60,035 nucleotides of DNA from Candidatus Thioglobus sp. (GTDB lineage: Bacteria; Pseudomonadota; Gammaproteobacteria; PS1; Pseudothioglobaceae). How positions within the stretch are numbered: position 1 is the stretch's first letter; the number at the start of each line of letters is the position of its first letter. The position numbers were made by a program, and so were the translations under genes. Shown here piece after piece: positions 9,172 to 19,380 of the stretch. The stretch covers positions 1-60,035 of the forward strand of contig JAQWLF010000158.1 in assembly GCA_029247465.1 (NCBI GenBank), in the 5' to 3' direction. The notes beneath the pieces were generated by a model that saw only the letters and a program-made list of their open reading frames with translations, was not told the origin of the DNA and did not search any database.

Positions 9172-10706
9172 TACCATTCGTCCTCCATGCTTTCTTTTTT
9201 CTTAGCCATATAGTCAATCAATGCTTCATCTATTGACTCATCAAGAGGGGGCTCAATGTACTCCTTTAGCATCTGATTCCAACGCTCATAAGCTCTCTGC
9301 TCAGCGTCTTTTGAGCCATCTTCCACCCATTGCTCATAGGAGTTATTATCAGGCAGTTCTGCTCGATAATTGGCAGTCTCAAAGTTTTCTGCTGTGTGCT
9401 GAGTACCTAAAAAGTTCTCTCCAGGAGAGTTCTCTTTAAAGGCACTACTCGCTAACGAATTTTCATCGATTGTAAGGCCCTCAAACATGCGATGAAGCAT
9501 GCCAAGTCGATCACAGTCAAGGATAAACTTTTCATAGCCAATAACTAGTCCTCCTTCTAGCCAGCCTGCGGCCTGATGCATAAAATTTGCACCCGCCAGA
9601 ATTGCTGGATACATTGAATCTACAGACTCTTGCATGGCCTGGGCATCCGCTACCTTGGATGCGGTGTAATGACCGCCTGCTCGAAATGGAAGTCCCAGAC
9701 GTCTAGCCATCTGCCCAACAGCAAATGTGGCCAAGCTCGACTCTGCTGTTCCAAATGTCGGCGCCCCTGACTTAAGATCCATGGTTGTTAAAAAGTTACC
9801 ATACACAGCACTTGAGCCAGGCCTTACAAGTTGGGTTAGGGCAACACCTACAAGCGTCTCAGCATGTGCCTGAGCAATCGCTGCCGGCATCGTTACAGGT
9901 GACATTGCACCACCCAAGATGAAGGGCGTAATAACAGTTCCCTGGTTTGCCCTAGCATAACCCTTCAATGCCTCTGTCATAGTTTTATCGTAAACCAGCG
10001 GTGAATTAACATTTATATTTCCTTGGATTACACAGTTTGAATCAACAAACTCTTCGCCAAAAACAATTCGTGCCATTGCTATCGAATCTTCTACCCTCTC
10101 GGGTGCAGTAACAGATCCCATAAATGGCTTATCGGAGTATTTCAAATGCGCATACACCATATCTAGATGGCGCTTATTGACGGGAACATCGACTGGCTCA
10201 CAATTAGTGCCACTGGTATGGTGCAGCCATGGAGTCATATGGGTCAACTTTATTAAGTTTATAAAATCTTCCATATTGCCTTGCCTTCTGCCACCCTTAA
10301 TGTCATAAACAAAAGGGGAGCCATATGCCGGCCCAAGAACTAATTTATCTCCTCCAAATATTGTTGATCTTTTTGGATTTCGAGCGTGCATCTCAAACTC
10401 TTTTGGAGCAGTTTTACAGAGATCTTGAACAAGGCCTTTGTCGAATCGAACTAGATTTCCTTTAACGGTTGCGCCAGCCTCTTTAAACAAACTTAAAGAC
10501 TCTTCATCGTCCCAAAACTCTATACCTATCTCCTTAAGAATCCAGTCAACATGATTATCTATACGACTTAACTCCTCTTCGCTAAGCATGTCGTAACATT
10601 TAATTTTGCGTGTTAAATACCTTGGGTGCTCTATTTGTTCAGATTTTTTTCGATCTGCAATCTTTGCAGAACGACCACCCTCTCTTCTTCTTCGACGATC
10701 CGACAT
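9168..10706 (-). CDS. MttB-superfamily (non-pyrrolysine) methyltransferase, probably acting on glycine betaine or a related quaternary amine
   Basis: RRREGGR N-terminus, PAYGSPF, CEPVDVP, NSPL, GAMSPVT, GWLEGGL; open frame without internal amber codon; ATG at 10706 follows GAGG (GTG at 10712 is an alternative). Confidence 0.88.
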   Translation of the reverse strand: MSDRRRRREGGRSAKIADRKKSEQIEHPRYLTRKIKCYDMLSEEELSRIDNHVDWILKEIGIEFWDDEESLSLFKEAGATVKGNLVRFDKGLVQDLCKTAPKEFEMHARNPKRSTIFGGDKLVLGPAYGSPFVYDIKGGRRQGNMEDFINLIKLTHMTPWLHHTSGTNCEPVDVPVNKRHLDMVYAHLKYSDKPFMGSVTAPERVEDSIAMARIVFGEEFVDSNCVIQGNINVNSPLVYDKTMTEALKGYARANQGTVITPFILGGAMSPVTMPAAIAQAHAETLVGVALTQLVRPGSSAVYGNFLTTMDLKSGAPTFGTAESSLATFAVGQMARRLGLPFRAGGHYTASKVADAQAMQESVDSMYPAILAGANFMHQAAGWLEGGLVIGYEKFILDCDRLGMLHRMFEGLTIDENSLASSAFKENSPGENFLGTQHTAENFETANYRAELPDNNSYEQWVEDGSKDAEQRAYERWNQMLKEYIEPPLDESIDEALIDYMAKKKESMEDEWY

Positions 10707-10890
10707 AAACACCTCAACAAAAACTAGTCATTAGTCCAACAACATGCTGGACTTATTTTATTAATGTTAATTCAAAAAATATTTAAACTCAAGTTAAAAA
10801 AATTAATAGGTTTTATTGAATTTTTTTGTATTAGTCTAAAAATTAAACAATATAATCAAATACTTAACAATTTAATTAAGGAGATAAAAA

Positions 10891-11238
10891 ATGATAAAAA
10901 TGGACTTTAAAGGCAACATCACTTCAAAGGAACTTCCTCTTTTTGAAGGCAACAATGCCTATCTAAAAGACTTTGCTATATCGAATGATGCAAGTGCGCC
11001 TATTACCGCCGGTCTTTTTCGACTTGAAAAAGGAGAATCAATTACATACGATTACACTTATGAAGAAATGAAGCTAATAATCGATGGCGAGTTTTATATA
11101 AGTGATGGTTCTGGTGAAGAAATTACAGCGACAAAAGGAGACTTAATTTATTTCCCAAAAGGCAGCGTTATTACTTTCAGAACCGATGACTTTGGCTTAG
11201 GTTATTTTGTTGGTCAGCGTGGCGAAGACGAGGCCTAA
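10891..11238 (+). CDS. EutQ-like cupin
   Basis: YDYTYEEMKLIIDGEF and GDLIYFPKGSVITF are EutQ/Cupin_3-like motifs; AAGGAG RBS. Confidence 0.8.
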   Translation: MIKMDFKGNITSKELPLFEGNNAYLKDFAISNDASAPITAGLFRLEKGESITYDYTYEEMKLIIDGEFYISDGSGEEITATKGDLIYFPKGSVITFRTDDFGLGYFVGQRGEDEA

Positions 11239-11843
11239 AGAGATCTTGTTTGACGAAGCACTCTTCCACTTATTGGAGCAGAAATTGTTCTCCTGTACGC
11301 TTCAACAATACGTTTTTTTGAAGTAGGCTCAAAACCATCAAAAAGCATTCCATAGTCTTCAACAGAGTTCTCAATAATGGATGGTGAAACAATATTAATT
11401 CTAAGTTTCCCCGCATACTCTGCCGCCAACGTAGAGACGCACATATTAAGTGCACCATTAGCTGCTGCTGCGCAAGAGCCAGCCAAAATTGGCTCATCAC
11501 CAATGATGCCGCTTGTCAGAGTAATTGAGCCATTTTCAGTTAAATAAGGGATTGCTGCTTTTGCTAGATTTAATTGGCTAAAGCACTTTTTCGATAGCCC
11601 CAATGCAAAGTCTTCCATTGTTAGTTCTTCAAAAGTTTTAAAGGGTGTGCCGCCGATACAAGAAATCAAGCCATCAAATGTGCCAACCGATGCAAATACG
11701 TCCGAAACACTTTCAAAATCTAAAGCATCAATTTTTAAATCAGGACCTGAGCGTCCGGCTCGCACCACCTCATAATCACTTAGTCCACCCACTACCACTC
11801 TTCCAAGTCTGCCAGTTGCACCGACAACAACAATTTTTTTCAT
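11235..11843 (-). CDS. Atypical short SDR oxidoreductase
   Basis: 202 aa, VGATGRLG, GSITLTSG, RINIVSP; lacks YxxxK. Confidence 0.8.
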   Translation of the reverse strand: MKKIVVVGATGRLGRVVVGGLSDYEVVRAGRSGPDLKIDALDFESVSDVFASVGTFDGLISCIGGTPFKTFEELTMEDFALGLSKKCFSQLNLAKAAIPYLTENGSITLTSGIIGDEPILAGSCAAAANGALNMCVSTLAAEYAGKLRINIVSPSIIENSVEDYGMLFDGFEPTSKKRIVEAYRRTISAPISGRVLRQTRSL

Positions 11844-11883
11844 AACGCCTCTTTAAATTTAAACAATAAGAATAATGATATCA

Positions 11884-12465
11884 CTAATCAAGCAAGCTAC
11901 CAATACAACTCTTTACTTCCTCTTTGGTTGCATTTGAATTCAAACCCTTCCCAATTCTGACGTTTACCTCTCGTCGAAGACTAAACCTCATGCTTCTTTT
12001 GACTGACCTAGGTGCTTTTGAAAAAAAACTACCCCACATATTATTGACAGCGAAAGGAACAACTATGACACCTTCTTTTGATTGTGATAAAACTTTTTCA
12101 AAGCCTCTCTTTAAGTCACTTAACTCGCCACTTGTTGAGACATGCCCCTCAGGAAATATGCCAACAACACAGTCATCATTTAATAAATTTACGATATTTT
12201 GCATGGCGTTTCGGCTATTCTCAGGTTTTATTGATACAGCACCTACCGCTCTAAGAATCCAATTAAAAATTGGCTTACTGTAGTAATCATCATGCACTAC
12301 AAACCTTATTGTTCTTGGAGTTGCCCACTGAATTAGCGCAAAGTCTATATAGCTAATGTGATTACCAAGGAGTAAAACAGGCCCATGTTTTGGAAGATTC
12401 TCAATACCGCTGACTCTTAATCGATAACGCCACCCAAATAATAAATAGCCAGCAATTTGCCGCAC
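11884..12465 (-). CDS. PlsC-type glycerophospholipid acyltransferase (Aas-like domain)
   Basis: NHISYID (HxxxxD), IFPEG, WGSFFS. Confidence 0.9.
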   Translation of the reverse strand: MRQIAGYLLFGWRYRLRVSGIENLPKHGPVLLLGNHISYIDFALIQWATPRTIRFVVHDDYYSKPIFNWILRAVGAVSIKPENSRNAMQNIVNLLNDDCVVGIFPEGHVSTSGELSDLKRGFEKVLSQSKEGVIVVPFAVNNMWGSFFSKAPRSVKRSMRFSLRREVNVRIGKGLNSNATKEEVKSCIGSLLD

Positions 12466-12467
12466 AA

Positions 12468-13766
12468 CTAAAGAATTGTTTTTAGTTTTTTCAGAACGAT
12501 AGTAAAGCCAACCACTGCGATTGCTGCATTTAAGTAGAGTATAAATTGGCTATCAAAACTTAATTTAGCAAGGAGCATTGTAAGCGCCAAAAGACCTATC
12601 ATAGCAATATTCTGTAGCCAATTTTTACCTGCCAACATACTTCCCAGACCATCCTCAGGCGAGTGTGCTTGCATCAGAGCATTAAGAGGAACAATCATCA
12701 TTCCTGCGCCAACTCCAAATAAAAGAATGACTGCTGTTACTATTATTAAAGCAGAAGAGTTTGGAATAAAACTTAAGCTCGATACAATGGGTACCAATAT
12801 TGCACAAATAGTGATCATTGTTGAACCGGTATATATATTGTTAACTCGAATAAAGTTGAGACTTTTTCTTCCTGAAATAAAAGCGCCAATCATAATTCCT
12901 ATAACTGAGGAGGCTAACATAGCATTCACAACTAGTGGACTTTCAACTCCAAAATTAACTTTAGCGTGAGCAGGAATTACTGCTACTAAGTTTTGAGACA
13001 TTCCCCAAAAAATAGCTGTTCCTAAAATCGAATACCAAACAATCTCATTATTTCTCATAGCTTTAAGATTGTTAGCTAAGTAATGAAAGGAGGCTAGTTT
13101 TTTTATAGAAAACTCAACTTTACTTAATTTAATTGGATAAAAACGGACCCCAAGAGTTGCTAAAAATTCTACCAATGAAAGCCCTACTAATACCCAGCCA
13201 ACTGGGGCTATTTGCATTAAGATCTCTTCTGGTGTTTCAAGTTGCAGTGTTCCTAGATAGACCTCAAATAGATAAGAGAAAAAAACGGTACCCATTAGAA
13301 TTGCTATCAATACTACCGAAGAATGGTAGGCATTTCCTTTACTTAAACCAGCCTTACTGAGGCACTCCTTAATGTAGCCCATTTTTGCTGGAGAGTAGAT
13401 CGCACTCTGGGTTGCTAAAAGAAGAGTAAAGCCGAAAGCAAATATGTACTCTCCATGATAGTAGCAGTAGGTTATAGCTAAAGTAATTAAGACAGCAGCA
13501 AAGGCACTAGCTCGCATAATATTAGTCTTAGCAAACTTATCTGAAAGATAGCCGGACACAGTAAATAACAAAATGAAAGGGACAAGAATCATCGCATTTA
13601 CAATGGCAGTCAAAATAAGCTGCGTTTGCTCACCATAGATCATAAAAATTGTATTTTGAATAATGATCTTGTGGCCTAAATCTACAAACGCATTAAGGAA
13701 TACTGCGACTAGATATATGGAAAATATGATTGAGCGTTCTCTACCAATTTGTTGATCTTCTTGCAT
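12468..13766 (-). CDS. MFS transporter, LplT/Aas-associated lysophospholipid transporter-like
   Basis: FLNAFVDLGHKIIIQNTIF, GYLSDKF, QSAIYSPAKMGYIKE, IVPLNALMQ; many hydrophobic helices. Confidence 0.85.
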   Translation of the reverse strand: MQEDQQIGRERSIIFSIYLVAVFLNAFVDLGHKIIIQNTIFMIYGEQTQLILTAIVNAMILVPFILLFTVSGYLSDKFAKTNIMRASAFAAVLITLAITYCYYHGEYIFAFGFTLLLATQSAIYSPAKMGYIKECLSKAGLSKGNAYHSSVVLIAILMGTVFFSYLFEVYLGTLQLETPEEILMQIAPVGWVLVGLSLVEFLATLGVRFYPIKLSKVEFSIKKLASFHYLANNLKAMRNNEIVWYSILGTAIFWGMSQNLVAVIPAHAKVNFGVESPLVVNAMLASSVIGIMIGAFISGRKSLNFIRVNNIYTGSTMITICAILVPIVSSLSFIPNSSALIIVTAVILLFGVGAGMMIVPLNALMQAHSPEDGLGSMLAGKNWLQNIAMIGLLALTMLLAKLSFDSQFILYLNAAIAVVGFTIVLKKLKTIL

Positions 13767-13846
13767 GCCCCTCCAAACTATAATTTATATAATAAATAGT
13801 ATAAGAGGATTATGACAGAATTATGAGTTAATATCTTATCCGCTTA

Positions 13847-15049
13847 TTAGAATTCTAAGCCTTCAATTTCAGCAACAGTCTGCATATCTTTGTCGCCTCG
13901 ACCAGACAGATTAATAACAATACTTTTCTCACTCGGCCATTGCTTTGCCAGTTTAACCGCATAAGCAACCGCATGTGATGACTCAAGTGCTGGAATGATG
14001 CCTTCAACTCTTGTAAGCAAGTGGAAGGCCTCTAAAGCCTCCTTGTCTGTTACTGATTGATACTCTGCCCTTCCAATATCTTTGAGATAGGCGTGTTCAG
14101 GTCCAACGCCAGGGTAATCAAGTCCAGCTGATATAGAGTGGCCTTCGATAATTTGTCCATTCTCATCTTCCAATAAGTATGTCCTGTTTCCATGCAAAAC
14201 TCCGACACTGCCAGCACAAAGTGGGGCTGCATGTGCTTCAGGACCTTTTTCTATTCCGTGTCCTGCCGCCTCAACGCCAATAATCTTGACTGATGCATCT
14301 TCAATGAATGGATGGAAAAGTCCGATTGCGTTTGAACCGCCGCCAACACAAGCAACTAAAGCATCTGGTAGGCCGCCAACCTGCTCATTAAACTGCTCTT
14401 TTGTCTCTTTACCAATAACACTTTGGAAGTCCCTAACCAACATCGGGTAAGGGTGAGGCCCTGCAACAGTTCCAATAATATAGTAAGTATCATCGATATT
14501 AGTTACCCAGTCACGCATTGCCTCGTTGAGCGCGTCTTTTAGCGTTTTTGAGCCAGAAGATACAGGAACGACCGTTGCGCCAAGCAGCTTCATACGATAA
14601 ACATTTTGTGCCTGCCTAGCAACGTCAACTTCGCCCATATATACAACGCACTCCAAACCAAGTCTAGCTGCAATGGTTGCAGAGGCTACGCCATGCTGTC
14701 CAGCTCCTGTTTCTGCAATAATTCGTGTTTTACCCATACGCTTTGCAAGTAGCGCTTGACCAATTGTGTTGTTAATCTTGTGAGCACCTGTATGATTTAG
14801 ATCTTCACGCTTTAAGTAGATCTGAGCGCCGGCAACCTGATCACTTAAATTTTTTGCATGATAAAGAGGGGTCTTACGACCCACGTAATGCTTTAAATCA
14901 TCCTCAAACTCCTTAATAAAGTCAGGATCATCTTTAAATTTCTCATAAGCAATTTTTAGTTCTGTGACAGCAGTCATCAGCGTCTCTGCAACAAAAATGC
15001 CGCCATACTGATCGAAATGACCCTTGTCGTCTGGTAGGTTATAACTCAT
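13847..15049 (-). CDS. trpB: Tryptophan synthase beta chain
   Basis: [44 protein letters not shown]. Confidence 0.99.
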   Translation of the reverse strand: MSYNLPDDKGHFDQYGGIFVAETLMTAVTELKIAYEKFKDDPDFIKEFEDDLKHYVGRKTPLYHAKNLSDQVAGAQIYLKREDLNHTGAHKINNTIGQALLAKRMGKTRIIAETGAGQHGVASATIAARLGLECVVYMGEVDVARQAQNVYRMKLLGATVVPVSSGSKTLKDALNEAMRDWVTNIDDTYYIIGTVAGPHPYPMLVRDFQSVIGKETKEQFNEQVGGLPDALVACVGGGSNAIGLFHPFIEDASVKIIGVEAAGHGIEKGPEAHAAPLCAGSVGVLHGNRTYLLEDENGQIIEGHSISAGLDYPGVGPEHAYLKDIGRAEYQSVTDKEALEAFHLLTRVEGIIPALESSHAVAYAVKLAKQWPSEKSIVINLSGRGDKDMQTVAEIEGLEF

Positions 15050-15657
15050 GAATGAATCTGTCTAATAAAAGCTCTTATTTTATCAACATCTTTAACACCT
15101 GGCTCACTTTCCACACCACTTGAGGCATCCACTGCATATGGCCTTACCTGCTTTATAGCCTCTGCTACGTTGTCAGAATTTAGTCCGCCTGCAAGAATTA
15201 CTGGGAGCTTTATTTCAACGCACGCTAAAGACCAGTCAAACACCTCTCCCGTTCCGCCGTATGCATGAGAGTTATATGAGTCTAGTAGTAGAGCACTTGC
15301 CTGAGAAAAGTCATCAGCTATTTGGGTGACATTAGTATCCAACGAAACACGGACAGACTTAATGAAGGGCATTTGGTATTGAGTACAATCTATGACCTCC
15401 TCATCGCCATGAAACTGTAAGGTGTCTAGGGGAACTTCGCAAAGAACCTCATCAATAAAGCTCGGGTTTGCATTAACAAATAACCCAACCCTGTTAACAA
15501 ATGGAGGGAGAGCAGCGACTATTTCTCGAGCACTATTTATGTCAACATTGCGAGGTGATTTTTCATAGAAAACCAAACCAATAGCATCGACACCTGCAAG
15601 AGCTGCCTCTCTAGCATTATCGGCATTCGTAAATCCGCAAATCTTAATCTTGGTCAT
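15046..15657 (-). CDS. trpF: Phosphoribosylanthranilate isomerase
   Basis: [39 protein letters not shown]; start placed at MTKIK. Confidence 0.97.
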   Translation of the reverse strand: MTKIKICGFTNADNAREAALAGVDAIGLVFYEKSPRNVDINSAREIVAALPPFVNRVGLFVNANPSFIDEVLCEVPLDTLQFHGDEEVIDCTQYQMPFIKSVRVSLDTNVTQIADDFSQASALLLDSYNSHAYGGTGEVFDWSLACVEIKLPVILAGGLNSDNVAEAIKQVRPYAVDASSGVESEPGVKDVDKIRAFIRQIHS

Positions 15658-15742
15658 TTGAATTGCAATCAAGTCTTTAAAATATAGATTTTCTCATAGC
15701 CTAGAAGGGTTTTCTAGACAATTAGCTTAGAACGGTCAAGTT

Positions 15743-18094
15743 TTATTTGGAGGCTTTTTTCTTAACAGTTGATTTCTGTTTAGATTTTTTTGCCTTGGAT
15801 TTAGCTTTAATTTTGCCCTCAATAGCCTTTTTGCACTCTTCAAGGGTTAAGTCTATAGGTGCTTTATCTCCAAAGACCTTCAGAACGGTGACATTTTTTT
15901 GTCCCTTTCCACGCTTTTTACCATTCCAGATATAAGGCCCGAAGCGGCCATTTAAGACCTGAATGTCGGAGTCATCAAAAACCTTAATGATTCTTTCAGC
16001 GTCAAACTTCTCTTTAGCAATGATTAATTCTAGTGCGGTTTCAAGGGTGACCTCTTCTGGTGAAACTTCTTTCAAAGAAACATATTTTTTTCCGTATTGA
16101 ATATACGGACCAAAGCGCCCATAGTTGGCTTTAATTATCTCGCCCTCATCTGTCTCGCCGATGGTTCTCGGCATTTTAAATAACTCTATAGCTTCAGCAA
16201 GCGTAATATTTTCAATGTCTTGGCCAGTTCTAAGTGAGGCAAATGTTGGTTTTTCCTCATCGTCTTGATGGCCAATTTGTGCAAAAGCACCATATCGACC
16301 AAAACGCACACTTACATTTTTCCCAGACACAGGGTCTACGCCTAAATCTCTCTTGCCATGTGTTTCATCTCGTGAAATATCCTTTGCGAGCTCAATTTGC
16401 TTATGGAATGGATCGTAAAAGTTACCTATAACGTCGGCCCATGACTTAGATTCTTCTGCTATTAAATCAAAATCAGTTTCAAGATTTGCGGTGAACTCAT
16501 AGCCAATAATATTTCTAAAGTTTTTAACTAAAAAGTCAACTAATAAATAGGCAACATTAGTTGGAAATAGTTTGTTTTTTTCAGCGCCAGTCGTTTCAGT
16601 TTGGATTGACTCTGAGATGACTCCGTCAACAATTTCAATGAGCTGATAATCGCGCTGAATGCCCTCACGAGTATCCTTGAGAACATAATTTCTATCCTGA
16701 ACTGTAGTAATCATTGTCGCAAAAGTCGACGGTCTACCAATACCCATCTGTTCAATCTCTTTAACCAGTGAAGCCTCTGTATATCTTGGCTTGGCCCTAG
16801 AAAAAGACTCCTTTGAAGTTAAATCCATCAACGATAAAGCGTCGCCTTTGTCAATTTTTGGTAGCAACTTGTCTTCAGCAGCCATATAATCATAGACCTC
16901 CAGAAAGCCCCCAAAAGTCAGCATCTCACCTTCAGCAATAAATCGCTCACTTCGATTCGAAATATTGATATTGATTTTTGTCTTTTGTAATTGTGCATCA
17001 CTCATTTGAGAAGCAAGAGTTCTTTTATAGATTAAAGAGTAGAGCTTTGCTGATTGCTCATCCAAACCTAAAATAGTTGGTTTAGTTAGATCTGTTGGCC
17101 GAATTGCCTCATGAGCCTCTTGGGCGCTAGTTGAATTTGTTTTATATTTTCTAGCGTGATGATGGTCACCACCAAATTTTGAAACTATAACCTCCTGAGC
17201 TGTGGTAATTGCAAGCTCTGAAAGGGTTAAAGAGTCAGTTCTCATATAAGTAATCACGCCTTCTCGATACAAATTCTGTGCAATCGACATAGTTTGTTTG
17301 ACAGAGAAACCTAACTTTTGAGAGGCCTCTTGCTGTAATGTAGAGGTGATAAAAGGAGCCTTAGGAGATCTCTTAGAGGGCTTAGTTTCAACCGACTCTA
17401 CCTTCATAGTTGAATCTAAAATGCTCTGTACAAAATCCATCGCACTTTCTTTAGATTTAAAGTCTTCGCTAAGTCTAGCTTCTAGAGATTCTCCGATACT
17501 ATTAGTCAATGTAACCTTGACTTTATGTGAACTGGTAGGTGTATGCGCAGAAATTTCACGCTCCCTTTCGACAACCAATCGAACTACGGGTGATTGAACT
17601 CTTCCTGCAGAGCGTGCACCTGAAATCTTGCGCCATAACACTGGTGAGATTTCAAAACCAACCAGTCTATCAATAATGCGTCTGGCTTGTTGCGCATTCA
17701 CAAGATCAGTATTAATTGTCCTGGGTTTGCTAATTGCTTCTGTGATAGCACCTTTCGTAATTTCATGAAAGACAATTCTTGGGGTATCTTCTGCCAATGA
17801 AAGCGCTTGCTGCAAATGCCAAGCTATCGCTTCACCTTCACGGTCTTCATCAGTTGCTAGGTAAATTTTTGTGGCCGCCTTGGCTGACTTCTTTAAATCT
17901 GCAACTACTTTCTTTTTGTCAGTACTGATTGTGTATGTTGGCTGGAAGTTGTTTTCTATATCAATGCCCATGTCTTTCTTGGGCATATCTCTAATATGGC
18001 CTATACTTGATTTGACAATATATCCAGGACCTAGAAACTTTTCAATCGTTTTTGCTTTCGCCGGGGACTCGACAATAACAAGATTCTGTGACAT
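15743..18094 (-). CDS. topA: Type I DNA topoisomerase
   Basis: LVIVESPAKAK, ATDEDREGE, SAGRVQS, ITYMRTDS, GIGRPST; C-terminal GRYG/GRFGPY repeats and Lys-rich tail; ATG 18094 follows AGGA. Confidence 0.98.
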   Translation of the reverse strand: MSQNLVIVESPAKAKTIEKFLGPGYIVKSSIGHIRDMPKKDMGIDIENNFQPTYTISTDKKKVVADLKKSAKAATKIYLATDEDREGEAIAWHLQQALSLAEDTPRIVFHEITKGAITEAISKPRTINTDLVNAQQARRIIDRLVGFEISPVLWRKISGARSAGRVQSPVVRLVVEREREISAHTPTSSHKVKVTLTNSIGESLEARLSEDFKSKESAMDFVQSILDSTMKVESVETKPSKRSPKAPFITSTLQQEASQKLGFSVKQTMSIAQNLYREGVITYMRTDSLTLSELAITTAQEVIVSKFGGDHHHARKYKTNSTSAQEAHEAIRPTDLTKPTILGLDEQSAKLYSLIYKRTLASQMSDAQLQKTKININISNRSERFIAEGEMLTFGGFLEVYDYMAAEDKLLPKIDKGDALSLMDLTSKESFSRAKPRYTEASLVKEIEQMGIGRPSTFATMITTVQDRNYVLKDTREGIQRDYQLIEIVDGVISESIQTETTGAEKNKLFPTNVAYLLVDFLVKNFRNIIGYEFTANLETDFDLIAEESKSWADVIGNFYDPFHKQIELAKDISRDETHGKRDLGVDPVSGKNVSVRFGRYGAFAQIGHQDDEEKPTFASLRTGQDIENITLAEAIELFKMPRTIGETDEGEIIKANYGRFGPYIQYGKKYVSLKEVSPEEVTLETALELIIAKEKFDAERIIKVFDDSDIQVLNGRFGPYIWNGKKRGKGQKNVTVLKVFGDKAPIDLTLEECKKAIEGKIKAKSKAKKSKQKSTVKKKASK

Positions 18095-18101
18095 AAAATT
18101 C

Positions 18102-18593
18102 CTACTGTAGCGTAGGGTTATCGTCATGAAACACAATGGATTCTATCCATTGTGATGAAACACTTGGTTCAGCACTACTATTTCCAATGACCATCATAAC
18201 AACCCATTTCAGGTCTTCTATACTCAATTTAGAGTCTTCTAGTGACATAACTTGCTCGATCACTATTTCTCTCTGACTCGCATTAAGTTGACCCATATTT
18301 TCCATAAACATAATAAAGCCCCTTGCTCTAGAATCAAGTTTAGTTTTTTCATGTTCACTATAAATTCGCATGGAATTGTGCAATGTATCAAAACTTGCGA
18401 TCTTTCCTTCCTGAAGCGCAGCAATATTTTCTAACCAAATCAATGCTTTTTCAATACGATCAGAATCAAAACCAGCCTCTGAAAGATGGAGCTTTAGAAG
18501 GTCATCATCTACCTCTTGAGATGAGTCCTGCTCGGCAGACTCAAAAAGAAAATCAAACATGAAAGTAAGTACATCTAGAATATTATTAGTCAT
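18102..18593 (-). CDS. smg: Smg/DUF494 family protein
   Basis: ILDVLTFMF, LSEAGF, ALIWLE, MRIY, REIVIE, LKWVVMMV; canonical position upstream of topA. Confidence 0.9.
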   Translation of the reverse strand: MTNNILDVLTFMFDFLFESAEQDSSQEVDDDLLKLHLSEAGFDSDRIEKALIWLENIAALQEGKIASFDTLHNSMRIYSEHEKTKLDSRARGFIMFMENMGQLNASQREIVIEQVMSLEDSKLSIEDLKWVVMMVIGNSSAEPSVSSQWIESIVFHDDNPTLQ

Positions 18594-18890
18594 AAAGCCT
18601 CGGCAAATTAATACATTTGTCTCAAAATCATTCTTACATGACTCCTGAAAAGACAAGGAGGAAACACTTTGGTTACTACTTGTGGGCAGGAATCACTTTT
18701 TCAACCATTTGCATGGTTTATATTGAACCTCATGATAAGTATTTTAATTATTTAACTGTCATTATGCACATCTTTATTAAGATTGGGGTTTAATAACTAA
18801 GTAATAGCTTACAAACTCTAGTTTAACAAATATACCGACTAAGGCCAAGTATGGTAAAATTGCAAAATTTTTTGTTAGCAGATATTCATT

Positions 18891-19025
18891 ATGAAAAGAA
18901 CATTTCAACCAAGCGTACTAAAACGTAAACGTAACCATGGCTTCAGGGCAAGAATGAAGACCCGTGCTGGTCGTGCTATTCTAAGTGCTCGTAGAAAAAA
19001 AGGCCGTAAACGCTTAGCTGCCTAA
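18891..19025 (+). CDS. rpmH: 50S ribosomal protein L34
   Basis: Below the ORF-track cutoff; translates to [44 protein letters not shown]. Confidence 0.99.
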   Translation: MKRTFQPSVLKRKRNHGFRARMKTRAGRAILSARRKKGRKRLAA

Positions 19026-19029
19026 TATC

Positions 19030-19380
19030 ATGCCGAGCTCACTCGCTAAATGTGTGCGCATAAATAAAGCTAGAGATTACGCTCACACCTTCCAAAACGG
19101 CTCACATACCCATGGTAAGTTTTGGAAACTAATAGCCAACGATTCTGGGAATTCTAATTCGAGATTAGGACTTGCAATCTCAAAAAAGGTATACAAAAGA
19201 GCGGTTGACAGAAACTTATTTAAGCGTTTAGCAAGAGAAACCTTCAGACAAAATCAAGAAGATTTAGAGTCACTTGACTTTGTAGTAATGATAAAAAAAA
19301 CGGCTCGTGCTAATAATAAAGCAATCATCCAAGACCTTCTTTCACTAATGAAAAACGTCAACAGCAACGCTAAAACCTAA
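19030..19380 (+). CDS. rnpA: RNase P protein component
   Basis: RLGLAISKK, AVDRNLFKRLARE, DFVV; follows rpmH. Confidence 0.97.
   Translation: MPSSLAKCVRINKARDYAHTFQNGSHTHGKFWKLIANDSGNSNSRLGLAISKKVYKRAVDRNLFKRLARETFRQNQEDLESLDFVVMIKKTARANNKAIIQDLLSLMKNVNSNAKT

Noticed and set aside
9168-10706. Pyrrolysine recoding in the MttB gene
   Set aside because: No in-frame amber codon and no pyl genes in the window.
10891-11238. Ethanolamine microcompartment locus
   Set aside because: Only an EutQ-like cupin is present; no shell or eutBC genes.
18740-18890. oriC next to rpmH
   Set aside because: Only one DnaA-box match (TTATGCACA, 18762-18770), no box cluster and no dnaA.
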